A stretch of DNA of 64,000 nt, from the NCBI GenBank assembly GCA_015233115.1, contig JADFYJ010000001.1:131084-195083 (forward strand), in the 5' to 3' direction. The position numbers and the translations under genes are program-made. The notes beneath the pieces are model-generated. The model saw only the letters and a list, made by a program, of their open reading frames with translations. It did not search any database and was not told where the DNA came from. Numbering within the stretch: position 1 is the first letter of the stretch; each line of letters starts with the position of its first letter. Source of the stretch: Candidatus Omnitrophota bacterium. GTDB taxonomy: Bacteria; Omnitrophota; Gorgyraeia; Zapsychrales; Zapsychraceae. This document shows positions 31,322 through 40,611 of this stretch, piece by piece.

Positions 31322-32881
31322 ATGGCTAAGAAACTAGTAGAAAAACAAAAAAGCATTGAAGTTGCTCTTTGGGAATCAGCCAATAAATTACGAGGCAGTG
31401 TAGAGCCGGCAGAATATAAGCACGTTGTTTTAGGATTAATTTTTCTAAAATTTGCCAGTGATAAATTCGAAGAGCATCGCAAAAAGCTTATTGCTGAAGG
31501 CAAAGAGAAATATATTGAAATGGCCGACTTCTACAATATGAGTAATGTGTTTTTCTTGGAAGAAACCAGTCGATGGAGTTATCTCATTAAAAAATCGAAA
31601 CAAAATGATATTGCCTTGCTTATTGACACGGCTTTGCACACCATTGAAAAAAATAATAAGGCTTTGAAAGGGGCATTGCCTGACAATTACTTTTCTCGTC
31701 TGGGTTTGGATGTTACCAAATTGGCTTCTCTGCTCGATACCATCAATGACATTGACACCACCAAAGACCCCAAGCAGGATGTAGTAGGAAAAGTATATGA
31801 ATATTTCCTTTCCAAGTTTGCACTAGCTGAAGGCAAAGGTAAAGGAGAATTTTACACACCTAAAAGTATTGTAAACCTGATTGCCGAAATGATTGAGCCT
31901 TACAAGGGCATTATCTATGATCCTGCTTGCGGTTCGGGTGGTATGTTTGTGCAGAGTATCAAGTTTATTGAAGCACACCACGGAAATAAAAAAGAAATTT
32001 CCATTTACGGACAGGAATACACCAACACCACTTACAAACTGGCAAAGATGAACCTTGCCATACGGGGCATTGCCGGAAACCTTGGCGAAAAAGCAGCCGA
32101 CACATTTGCAGACGACCAACACAAAGATTTGAAAGCCGATTACATTATGGCAAACCCTCCATTTAACCAAAAAGACTGGCGTGGCGAAAAAGAACTTCTG
32201 ACCGATCCGCGTTGGCGTGGCTACGAAGTCCCGCCCAAAAGCAATGCCAATTATGCCTGGATACTCAATATGGTGAGCAAACTATCCGACAATGGCGTAG
32301 CTGGTTTTATCTTGGCAAATGGCGCATTGAGTGGCGGTGGCGAAGAATATAAAATACGTCGGAAGCTGATTGAAAATAATTTGGTGGAAGCGATTTTAGT
32401 ATTGCCTCGAAATTTGTTTTACACCACAGACATTAGTGTAACGCTTTGGATTTTGAATAAAAATAAAAAAGCACAAAGCAAAAATATGGGCGATGAAAAA
32501 CGTCAATACCGTGAACGAGAAAAGAACATTCTGTTTATGGATTTGCGACAATTAGGTGAGCCTTTTGAGAAAAAATATACGCAGTTTTCTGATGAAGATA
32601 TAAAGAGAGTAACATGCACTTACCATAAATGGCAAAGTTCCCAAATTGAGGACATACCAGAGTTTTGCTTTTCTGCTTCATTTGACGAAGTAGCTAAAAA
32701 AGATTTTTCTCTTGTACCAAGCAAATACATTGAGTTTGTAAACCGGGACGAGAATATTGACTTTGACGAAAAAATGCAAAGCCTACAAAGCGAGTTTGCC
32801 GAACTGCTTAAATCCGAAGTGGCTTCCAAAAATGATTTACTAACCGTATTTAAAGAGTTGGGCTATGAAATCAAGTTATAA
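31322..32881 (+). CDS. hsdM: type I restriction-modification methyltransferase subunit HsdM
   Basis: 'LGLIFLKFASDKFEEHR' N-terminus, 'NPPF' motif IV, 'DPACGSGGMF' motif I. Confidence 0.9.
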   Translation: MAKKLVEKQKSIEVALWESANKLRGSVEPAEYKHVVLGLIFLKFASDKFEEHRKKLIAEGKEKYIEMADFYNMSNVFFLEETSRWSYLIKKSKQNDIALLIDTALHTIEKNNKALKGALPDNYFSRLGLDVTKLASLLDTINDIDTTKDPKQDVVGKVYEYFLSKFALAEGKGKGEFYTPKSIVNLIAEMIEPYKGIIYDPACGSGGMFVQSIKFIEAHHGNKKEISIYGQEYTNTTYKLAKMNLAIRGIAGNLGEKAADTFADDQHKDLKADYIMANPPFNQKDWRGEKELLTDPRWRGYEVPPKSNANYAWILNMVSKLSDNGVAGFILANGALSGGGEEYKIRRKLIENNLVEAILVLPRNLFYTTDISVTLWILNKNKKAQSKNMGDEKRQYREREKNILFMDLRQLGEPFEKKYTQFSDEDIKRVTCTYHKWQSSQIEDIPEFCFSASFDEVAKKDFSLVPSKYIEFVNRDENIDFDEKMQSLQSEFAELLKSEVASKNDLLTVFKELGYEIKL

Positions 32882-34058
32882 ACCTTTGGGCAATTACATT
32901 CAGGAAGTTAATAACCGTGACAGAGATAAAACGGTTGATTTACTTTTGGGTGTAAGTATTCAAAAAAAGTTTATGCCTTCCATTGCTAATACCATTGGAA
33001 CGGATATGTCCACTTATAAAATTGTAAAGAGAAATCAATTTGCATATGGGCCTGTAACCTCACGAAATGGAGATAAAATTTCCATTGCTTTGTTGGAAGA
33101 TTATGATGACGCGATTGTTTCGCAAGCCTATTCACCATTTGAAGTAAAAGATGCTAATGAACTTTTACCCGAATATTTGATGATGTGGTTTCGTAGACCT
33201 GAGTTTGACCGTTACGCAAGGTTTAAAAGCCACGGGAGTGCAAGGGAGATTTTTGATTGGGAAGAAATGTGCAATACGCTTTTGCCTGTTCCCCACATCA
33301 CCAAACAACGCGAAATCGTAAAAGAATATAACGTCATCCAAAACCGCATAGCCCTTAACCAGCAACTGATACAAAAACTCGAAGAAACCGCACAGACCAT
33401 TTACAAACAATGGTTTGTTGATTTTGAATTTCCCGATGAAAATGGAAAGCCGTATAAAAGTAATGACGGGAAAATGGTTTGGAATGAGGAATTGGGCAAG
33501 GAAATTCCGAAAGGATGGGTGGTTGGGAATCTATCTGAAATTGCGACTATTATTATGGGGCAATCACCAGAAGGAGAAACTTATAATAAAGAATGTAAGG
33601 GAATGATATTTTACCAAGGTAGAACTGATTTTGGTCATAAATTTCCTGACATTACAACTTACACAACACACCCAAAGAAAAAGGCTTTGAAAAATGATAT
33701 CCTGATTAGTGTAAGAGCTCCAGTTGGCGACTTAAATATTGCAATAGAAGATTGCAGTATTGGACGAGGGATTGGAGCATTAAGAAGTAAATTGAAATGT
33801 AATTCACATTTATTTTATCTGCTTCAAAAATTGAAATCTCAATTTGATATATCTGATGGAGAAGGAACAATCTTTGGTTCAATTAATAAGGATGATTTGC
33901 ACAATATGGAAGTGATTTATTCTGAAATTTTCATTAAGAAATTTGAAATAATCATAAGGCCTATTGATGTAGTAGTTAAAAATTACAGTATTGAAAACCA
34001 AAGGCTATCCGAACTGAAAGACTTGCTTCTTTCTAAATTAGCGACAGTAGAGAACTAG
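32865..34058 (+). CDS. hsdS: type I restriction-modification specificity subunit HsdS
   Basis: Two target-recognition domains with conserved spacers (KPLGNYI..., LSEIATI...); overlaps the end of hsdM by 17 nt. Confidence 0.85.
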   Translation: MKSSYKPLGNYIQEVNNRDRDKTVDLLLGVSIQKKFMPSIANTIGTDMSTYKIVKRNQFAYGPVTSRNGDKISIALLEDYDDAIVSQAYSPFEVKDANELLPEYLMMWFRRPEFDRYARFKSHGSAREIFDWEEMCNTLLPVPHITKQREIVKEYNVIQNRIALNQQLIQKLEETAQTIYKQWFVDFEFPDENGKPYKSNDGKMVWNEELGKEIPKGWVVGNLSEIATIIMGQSPEGETYNKECKGMIFYQGRTDFGHKFPDITTYTTHPKKKALKNDILISVRAPVGDLNIAIEDCSIGRGIGALRSKLKCNSHLFYLLQKLKSQFDISDGEGTIFGSINKDDLHNMEVIYSEIFIKKFEIIIRPIDVVVKNYSIENQRLSELKDLLLSKLATVEN

Positions 34059-34061
34059 AAT

Positions 34062-36278
34062 ATGATTGAATCAATCACTATAAAAAACATTGCTACTTTC
34101 GATCCCATAAATGGGGTTCAAATTGATGGACTAAAGAAGGTAAATTTTTTTTATGGCGCCAATGGTTCTGGCAAAACAACTATTTCTAATTTGTTGCACA
34201 ACCCATCGGACATCCGATTTAAAGACTGTTTAGTAATCTGGAAAAATTCCTTACCCACTAAGCCTTTGGTTTACAATAAAGAATTTCGAGAGAGAAATTT
34301 CGGAAAAGGAAAATTACCGGGAATCTTTACGCTTGGGGAGGCCACAAAAGAAGAGAAAGTATCTATTGAGAGTAAAGTTGAACAACTTAAATTAATTAAA
34401 GCAGATATTGAAAGAATAAAGAATTCTTTAAGCGCGCAGACACAAAAAAAAGAAACATGCGATGCGGAATTCAAAGAGTTTGCTTGGACAAAAATATATA
34501 AAAAATACGAAGATGTTTTTAAAGAAGCTTTTGTTGGTTCAATGAAATCAGGAGACCTTTTTAAAGGCAAACTTTTAAAAGAGTTTGTAAACAATAAAGA
34601 AGTTCTGAAAACCTATGATGAGTTAAGGGAAAAAGCTTCGACCATTTTTAGAGAAACGCCTCGCAATATAAGTCCGATAAATAAAATTGATTTTGAGCGG
34701 ATTGTCGAAATTGAAAAACATGTGCTTTTGAAAAAGATAATTGTTGGTAAAGCAGATGTTAATATTGCAAAGCTCATTCAAAAACTTAATATAAATGATT
34801 GGGTAAGTCAAGGTCGAGCATATATTCAGGACGATAAAACATGCCCTTTTTGTCAACAATCCACTATTACACAAGAATTTAAAATCCAGCTTGAGAGTTT
34901 TTTTGATGAAGCATATTTGAATGATATTAATTCTTTTAAAGCATTAAAACAGGAATACAACATATTAATTCTAAATGTAATCAATGAATTAAATAACGTT
35001 GAAACAACGCAGAAAGAATTTAAAAACTCAAAATTAAATATTGATAAATTTTCTTCATATCTTAAGACCTTAATAAGCCAAAATACTACAAACTTTGAAT
35101 ATTTAAACAATAAGCTTAAAGAGCCTAGCAGAAGTATTGAATTAGTGCCTCAGAAAGAACAACTTCGACTCATAGTTGATTTAATTGAACATGCAAACGC
35201 TGAAATAAAGAAACATAATGACATTGTTGCTGACTTTAATAATCAGCGAAGCAACCTAATAAATGCAATTTGGAAGTATCTAATCGAGGAGTTCAAAGGA
35301 GATATTGAAAAGTATAATTCAACAAAAAAGGGCATTGAAACGGGAATCACATCGATTGAGTTACAGTTAAAAATCATAGTAAAAGAATGTCATGATTTAG
35401 ACCTTGAAGTTAAGAAACTGAGTAAAAATGTCACAAGTATCAAGCCTACAATTGATGAGATTAATAGGCTTTTAAAATCTTATGAGTTTCATAATTTTGA
35501 AATTGTTCCAGCTACAGAAGAGGGGTTTTACCAAATTGAAAGAGGAGATGGCAGTATAGCGGAATCCACCCTTAGCGAAGGCGAAATAACATTCATAACG
35601 TTTTTGTATTATTTACAATGTGCAAAAGGTGGAACATCAGAAGAGAATGTGAATGAAGAACGCATCCTTATTATTGATGACCCAATTTCTAGTTTAGATA
35701 GTAATATATTATTTATTGTCAGCACTTTGATAAAAGAAATTTTAAAAGAAGTAAAACTCGATAAAGGGAATATCAAACAAGTAATATTATTAACCCATAA
35801 TGTGTATTTTCATAAAGAAGTTTCTTATGAGGGTTTGCATAGAAAAGGTGAAAAGCCATTATTTTGGATATTGCGAAGGAGCCATAAAACATCAGCCATT
35901 CATCCTTATTTTGAACAAAACCCTGTTCAATCTTCTTATGATTTGCTTTGGCGTGATATAAAAGAATGGGAAAAGAATTCAGGTACTACAGTTCAAAATA
36001 CAATGAGAAGAATTCTTGAAAATTTCTTTAGCATTTTAGGAAGCAAGCGAGATGATTTTTTAATTAATAATTTTACAACACAAGAAGAAAAAGAAATTTG
36101 TAGATCTCTTCTAAGCTGGATAAATGAGGGTTCACACACACTGCCGGATGATTTGTATGTGGAAGCTCCAGATGGCATAATTTCTAAATATTTAAAAGTG
36201 TTTAAAGATATATTTAAACTCACGAAAAATATTGGTCATTACAATATGATGATGGGTATTAGCGATGAAACGGAATGA
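34062..36278 (+). CDS. RloC/PrrC-like ABC-type ATPase with coiled-coil CxxC hook, embedded in the type I RM locus (candidate anticodon nuclease)
   Basis: Walker A 'FYGANGSGKTT'; long coiled coil containing 'CPFC'; ABC D-loop/Walker B 'ILIIDDPISSLD'; C-terminal 'RRILE...(39 aa)...H'; sits between hsdS and hsdR as PrrC and RloC do. Confidence 0.5.
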   Translation: MIESITIKNIATFDPINGVQIDGLKKVNFFYGANGSGKTTISNLLHNPSDIRFKDCLVIWKNSLPTKPLVYNKEFRERNFGKGKLPGIFTLGEATKEEKVSIESKVEQLKLIKADIERIKNSLSAQTQKKETCDAEFKEFAWTKIYKKYEDVFKEAFVGSMKSGDLFKGKLLKEFVNNKEVLKTYDELREKASTIFRETPRNISPINKIDFERIVEIEKHVLLKKIIVGKADVNIAKLIQKLNINDWVSQGRAYIQDDKTCPFCQQSTITQEFKIQLESFFDEAYLNDINSFKALKQEYNILILNVINELNNVETTQKEFKNSKLNIDKFSSYLKTLISQNTTNFEYLNNKLKEPSRSIELVPQKEQLRLIVDLIEHANAEIKKHNDIVADFNNQRSNLINAIWKYLIEEFKGDIEKYNSTKKGIETGITSIELQLKIIVKECHDLDLEVKKLSKNVTSIKPTIDEINRLLKSYEFHNFEIVPATEEGFYQIERGDGSIAESTLSEGEITFITFLYYLQCAKGGTSEENVNEERILIIDDPISSLDSNILFIVSTLIKEILKEVKLDKGNIKQVILLTHNVYFHKEVSYEGLHRKGEKPLFWILRRSHKTSAIHPYFEQNPVQSSYDLLWRDIKEWEKNSGTTVQNTMRRILENFFSILGSKRDDFLINNFTTQEEKEICRSLLSWINEGSHTLPDDLYVEAPDGIISKYLKVFKDIFKLTKNIGHYNMMMGISDETE

Positions 36279-36285
36279 TATAAAA

Positions 36286-36324
36286 ATGAAATTTACCGAA
36301 GAAAAACCAGAAAAGGCTTTATGA
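36286..36324 (+). repeat. 38-nt duplicate of the hsdR 5' end (codes MKFTEEKPEKAL*)
   Basis: About 87% identical to 37322-37360; its stop overlaps the rhuM ATG. Confidence 0.7.
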
Positions 36325-37325
36325 ACAGCGAAATCCTCATCTACCAAAATCCCGATGGCAATATTAAAATTGATGTGCGCTTGGAAGAAGAAACTGTTTG
36401 GCTTACACAGGCACAACTATGTCAACTATTCCAAAAATCTAAAGCTACCATCAGTGAGCATATAAAAAATGTGTTTGAAGAAGGAGAATTAGATGCTGAG
36501 GCAACTGTTCGGAAATTCCGAACAGTTCAAGCTGAGGGTAGTCGAGAGGTGCAAAGGGAGATTGAATATTATAATCTCGATGTAATTATCTCGGTCGGCT
36601 ATCGGGTAAAATCGCCACAAGGCACACAGTTTCGAATTTGGGCAACACAACGATTGAAGGAATACATTATCAAAGGTTTTGCCCTGAATGATGACCGTTT
36701 CAAATCCGGTAATTCAATGAATTATTTTAATGAACTGCAAGAACGCATTCGGAAAATAAGGCTTTCGGAACGCTTTTTCTACCAAAAAATAAAAGATATA
36801 TACACCACAAGTATTGATTACGACCCCAAAGACGAACAGACCATTGAATTTTTCAAAATCATACAAAATAAATTGCTTTGGGCAATCAGTAGTCAAACAG
36901 CCGCCGAATTAGTTTATCGCCGGGTGAATGCGTCTTTGCCTTTGCTGGGAATGCAGTCGTATGATAAAGAAAATGTTGTTGCTGTTAGAAAATCAGATGT
37001 AAGCATTGCTAAAAATTATCTGAGTGAAGATGAAATAAAACTTTTGGGATTGTTGGTAGAGCAATATCTTGCTTTCGCAGAAACTATGGCACAGCAACGC
37101 ACTCCGATGTATATGAAAGATTGGATTGAGCGTCTCGATATTATTCTCAAACTTAACGGTAGAGAATTGCTTAATCACGCTGGTAAAATTAACCATGAGC
37201 TCGCATTAAAAAAATCAGGTGAAGAGTATGAAAAATATTTATCGGCTCAAAAAGTATTAGAGAAAGAGCAAAGCCTGAAAGAATTAGAAGCAGATATAAA
37301 AAATTTGAATCGGGGAAAAGAATGA
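36321..37325 (+). CDS. rhuM: RhuM-family (Fic/DOC-related) protein
   Basis: N-terminal 'ILIYQNPDGNIKIDVRLEEETVWLTQAQLCQLFQ' matches the RhuM family signature; typical hsdS-hsdR intergenic cargo. Confidence 0.55.
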   Translation: MNSEILIYQNPDGNIKIDVRLEEETVWLTQAQLCQLFQKSKATISEHIKNVFEEGELDAEATVRKFRTVQAEGSREVQREIEYYNLDVIISVGYRVKSPQGTQFRIWATQRLKEYIIKGFALNDDRFKSGNSMNYFNELQERIRKIRLSERFFYQKIKDIYTTSIDYDPKDEQTIEFFKIIQNKLLWAISSQTAAELVYRRVNASLPLLGMQSYDKENVVAVRKSDVSIAKNYLSEDEIKLLGLLVEQYLAFAETMAQQRTPMYMKDWIERLDIILKLNGRELLNHAGKINHELALKKSGEEYEKYLSAQKVLEKEQSLKELEADIKNLNRGKE

Positions 37326-40300
37326 AATTTACTGAAGAAAAATTAGAAAAAGCTTTTATTGAGTTGTTGGGAAATGAAAATTTTCCGCATCATTTGGGTA
37401 AGTCTATTACTCGCACTGTTGATGAAGTATTAATTGAAGAAGATTTATTAAATTATCTTCTTAGTAAATACGCAGACAAACAACTCACTGTAAACGAAGC
37501 TAAATCAATTATTCTTCAACTTAAAACATTACCAGCGTCTGATCTTTATGAAAGTAATAAAACTATTATGCGATGGTTGTCAGATGGGTTTATTTTAAAA
37601 CGGGAAGACCGTAATCAAAAAGACATTCATATTGAGTTAATTGACTACGCGGGTTTAGATGCTCAATTTGTTAGCCCTGATTTAGATGCGGTTATAGCAG
37701 AACCTCAAGTGAGATATGGTAGAGATTATAATATTTATAAATTTGTTAATCAGTTAGAAATTGTTGGAAATGAAAAACGAATTCCCGATGGAATTATTTA
37801 TATTAATGGTCTGCCTGTAGTGGTGTTTGAGTTTAAAAGTGCCATAAGGGAAGACTCTACTATTTTTGATGCTTTCAATCAGCTCACCATTCGTTATCGT
37901 CGGGATATTCCTGAATTGTTTAAGTACAATGCATTTTGCATCATTAGTGATGGAGTAAATAATAAGGCAGGATCTTTTTTTGCACCTTACGAGTTTTTCT
38001 ATGCCTGGCGTAGAGTTGCAGGTTTGGCAAAAGATGTTGATGGTTTTGATAGTATGTTTACCTTGGTGCAAGGCATGTTCAATCAAAATCGTCTGCGTGA
38101 TATTATCCGCAATTTTGTTTATATACCCGATAGTTCTAAGAAAAATGAAAAAATTGTCTGTCGCTATCCGCAATATTACGCCGCTAAATGTCTTTATGAC
38201 AGTATTAAATTAGCTCAAAAACCAAACGGTAATGGTAAAGGCGGAACATACTTTGGGGCAACAGGCTCAGGAAAAAGTTATGCCATGCTTTATTTAACGC
38301 GCTTATTGATGAAAAGCATATATTTTGAAAGTCCAACTATTGTTTTAATTTCGGATCGAACAGAGTTGGATGATCAATTATCAGGACAATTTACCAATGC
38401 TAAAAAATTCATTGGCGACAATACCATTGTAAGTGTAGAAAGTCGCGCTCATTTGCGCGAATTGTTGCAAGGTCGTCAGAGCGGTGGGGTGTTTTTAACC
38501 ACCATTCAAAAATTTACCGAAGATACAGAATTGCTTACGCAACGAACCAATGTAATTTGCATATCGGACGAAGCTCATCGCAGCCAAATAAACCTCGACC
38601 AAAAAATTAAAGTAACTTCCGCAGGAGTTAAAAAGACTTTTGGTTTTGCCAAATATCTGCACGATTCATTACCTAACGCCACATTTGTTGGTTTTACAGG
38701 CACCCCGATTGATGCAACGCTCGATGTTTTCGGTAAAGTGGTTGATGCTTACACTATGACCGAATCTGTGAAAGACGAAATTACTGTTCGTATTGTTTAT
38801 GAAGGCAGGGCAGCCAAAGTAGCATTAAATAACAGCGAACTCGAAAAAATTGAAAAATACTACGAAGAAGTAGCTGAAGCAGGAGCCAACGAATACCAGA
38901 TAGAACAAAGCAAGGAAGAAACCGCCAAGATGAATGCCATTTTAGGCGACCCGAAACGTTTAAAAACATTGGCCGAAGATTTTGTAAAGCATTATGAACT
39001 TCGTATTTCTGAGGGTGCAACCGTAAAAGGCAAAACCATGTTTGTATGCAGCAGCCGCGAAATTGCGTATGATTTTTACAAGAATGTTATTGCTCTACGT
39101 CCTGAATGGAACGAAGTAAAAGTGGCTGCTGATAATGAAGTTTTGACAGAGGAAGAAAAGAAAAAAATAAAACCAATGGAACGAATCAAAATGATTATGA
39201 CCAGAGGTAAGGACGACTCAAAAGAATTGTATGATTTATTGGGTACAAACGATTACCGTAAAACTTTAGATGTTGAGTTTAAAAATGAAAAAACAAATTT
39301 CAAAATTGCCATTGTTGTTGATATGTGGCTCACGGGATTTGACGTTCCGTTTCTTGATAGTATTTATATCGACAAACCAATTCAGCAACACAATTTGATT
39401 CAGACCATATCGAGAGTAAATCGTAAATTTGAAGGCAAAAACAAAGGTTTGGTAATTGACTATATCGGTATTAAAAAGCAGATGAACCTTGCGTTGGCTA
39501 AATACAACAAAGGCGACAAGGATAATTTCGAAGACATTGAAAAATCATTGATTGTTGTCCGCGACCATTTGGATTTGTTAGCAAAACTGATGCATAAGTT
39601 CGACACTAGTAAGTATTTTTATGGAAGTACCATTGAACAGCTCAATAATTTAAATATGGCTGCCGAATATGTGCAGAAAACTAAAGAATTCGAAATACGT
39701 TTTATGGGTTTGGTAAAACGATTAAAAGCAGCTTACGACATTTGTGTCGGCAGTGAAAAATTGACACAAGTCGAAAGAGATTATACTCATTTTTATTTGG
39801 CTGTGCGTTCAATAGTTTTCAAACTAACCAAAGGCAATGCCCCTGACACCGCACAGATGAACGCCAGAGTTAGGGAAATGATAAAAGAAGCCTTACAAAG
39901 CGATGGTATGCAGGAAATTTTAAAACTTGGTAATGAAGACGAAAGCGAACAAGACCTGTTTGATGAAAATTATCTGGCAAAAATTGACAAAATTAAACTA
40001 CCAAACACCAAAATTAAATTGCTTCAGCAATTACTTGCAAAAGTAATTGGTGAAATCAGGAAAGTAAACCGAATAAAAGGGATTGACTTTACTAAGAAAA
40101 TGCAAGCGCTTGTTGAACAATACAACCAGCGTGATGAAAATGACATTCTGAGGAGTGAAGTTTATGAGGAAATGGCAGAAGCTTTAACTAACATGATTTG
40201 GGATGTACATAAGGAGTTTTCAGCAGGTGAGGCATTGGGGATTGATTTTGAGGAAAAAGCCTTTTACGATATTTTATTAGAACTTTGCGTTAAGTATGAT

Positions 40301-40528
40301 TTCATTTATCCAGAAGATAAGTTGATAGAATTGGCAAAAGCAGTTAAAGAGTTGGTCGACAGCCAAGCCAAATTCCCTGATTGGAATAAACGAGACGATA
40401 TAAAATCAGCCTTGAAAGTTGGACTGATACTTTTACTCGATGAATTCGGCTATCCACCGGTTGAGAGAGATGAAGTGTATGTTGAGATTTTTGAACAAGC
40501 TGAAAATTTTAAACGATTCAAAAAATAA
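37322..40528 (+). CDS. hsdR: type I restriction endonuclease subunit HsdR
   Basis: 1068 aa; 'GTGSGKS' Walker A, 'DEAH' box, SF2 helicase motifs; overlaps the rhuM stop by 4 nt. Confidence 0.9.
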   Translation: MKFTEEKLEKAFIELLGNENFPHHLGKSITRTVDEVLIEEDLLNYLLSKYADKQLTVNEAKSIILQLKTLPASDLYESNKTIMRWLSDGFILKREDRNQKDIHIELIDYAGLDAQFVSPDLDAVIAEPQVRYGRDYNIYKFVNQLEIVGNEKRIPDGIIYINGLPVVVFEFKSAIREDSTIFDAFNQLTIRYRRDIPELFKYNAFCIISDGVNNKAGSFFAPYEFFYAWRRVAGLAKDVDGFDSMFTLVQGMFNQNRLRDIIRNFVYIPDSSKKNEKIVCRYPQYYAAKCLYDSIKLAQKPNGNGKGGTYFGATGSGKSYAMLYLTRLLMKSIYFESPTIVLISDRTELDDQLSGQFTNAKKFIGDNTIVSVESRAHLRELLQGRQSGGVFLTTIQKFTEDTELLTQRTNVICISDEAHRSQINLDQKIKVTSAGVKKTFGFAKYLHDSLPNATFVGFTGTPIDATLDVFGKVVDAYTMTESVKDEITVRIVYEGRAAKVALNNSELEKIEKYYEEVAEAGANEYQIEQSKEETAKMNAILGDPKRLKTLAEDFVKHYELRISEGATVKGKTMFVCSSREIAYDFYKNVIALRPEWNEVKVAADNEVLTEEEKKKIKPMERIKMIMTRGKDDSKELYDLLGTNDYRKTLDVEFKNEKTNFKIAIVVDMWLTGFDVPFLDSIYIDKPIQQHNLIQTISRVNRKFEGKNKGLVIDYIGIKKQMNLALAKYNKGDKDNFEDIEKSLIVVRDHLDLLAKLMHKFDTSKYFYGSTIEQLNNLNMAAEYVQKTKEFEIRFMGLVKRLKAAYDICVGSEKLTQVERDYTHFYLAVRSIVFKLTKGNAPDTAQMNARVREMIKEALQSDGMQEILKLGNEDESEQDLFDENYLAKIDKIKLPNTKIKLLQQLLAKVIGEIRKVNRIKGIDFTKKMQALVEQYNQRDENDILRSEVYEEMAEALTNMIWDVHKEFSAGEALGIDFEEKAFYDILLELCVKYDFIYPEDKLIELAKAVKELVDSQAKFPDWNKRDDIKSALKVGLILLLDEFGYPPVERDEVYVEIFEQAENFKRFKK

Positions 40529-40611
40529 AAATCTTTCTTCACAGTTTAACAAAAAAATAATTGAGAAAACGCTAAAGCAAAATAAAGAAGATTGATGAGG
40601 GGTATGCCTGT

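Noticed and set aside
37754-38173. 139-aa - strand ORF (and others at 31823-32170, 34271-34594, 12246-12521)
   Set aside because: Embedded antisense within hsdR/hsdM, the RloC-like gene and the GH94 gene respectively. These are shadow ORFs in AT-rich sequence.
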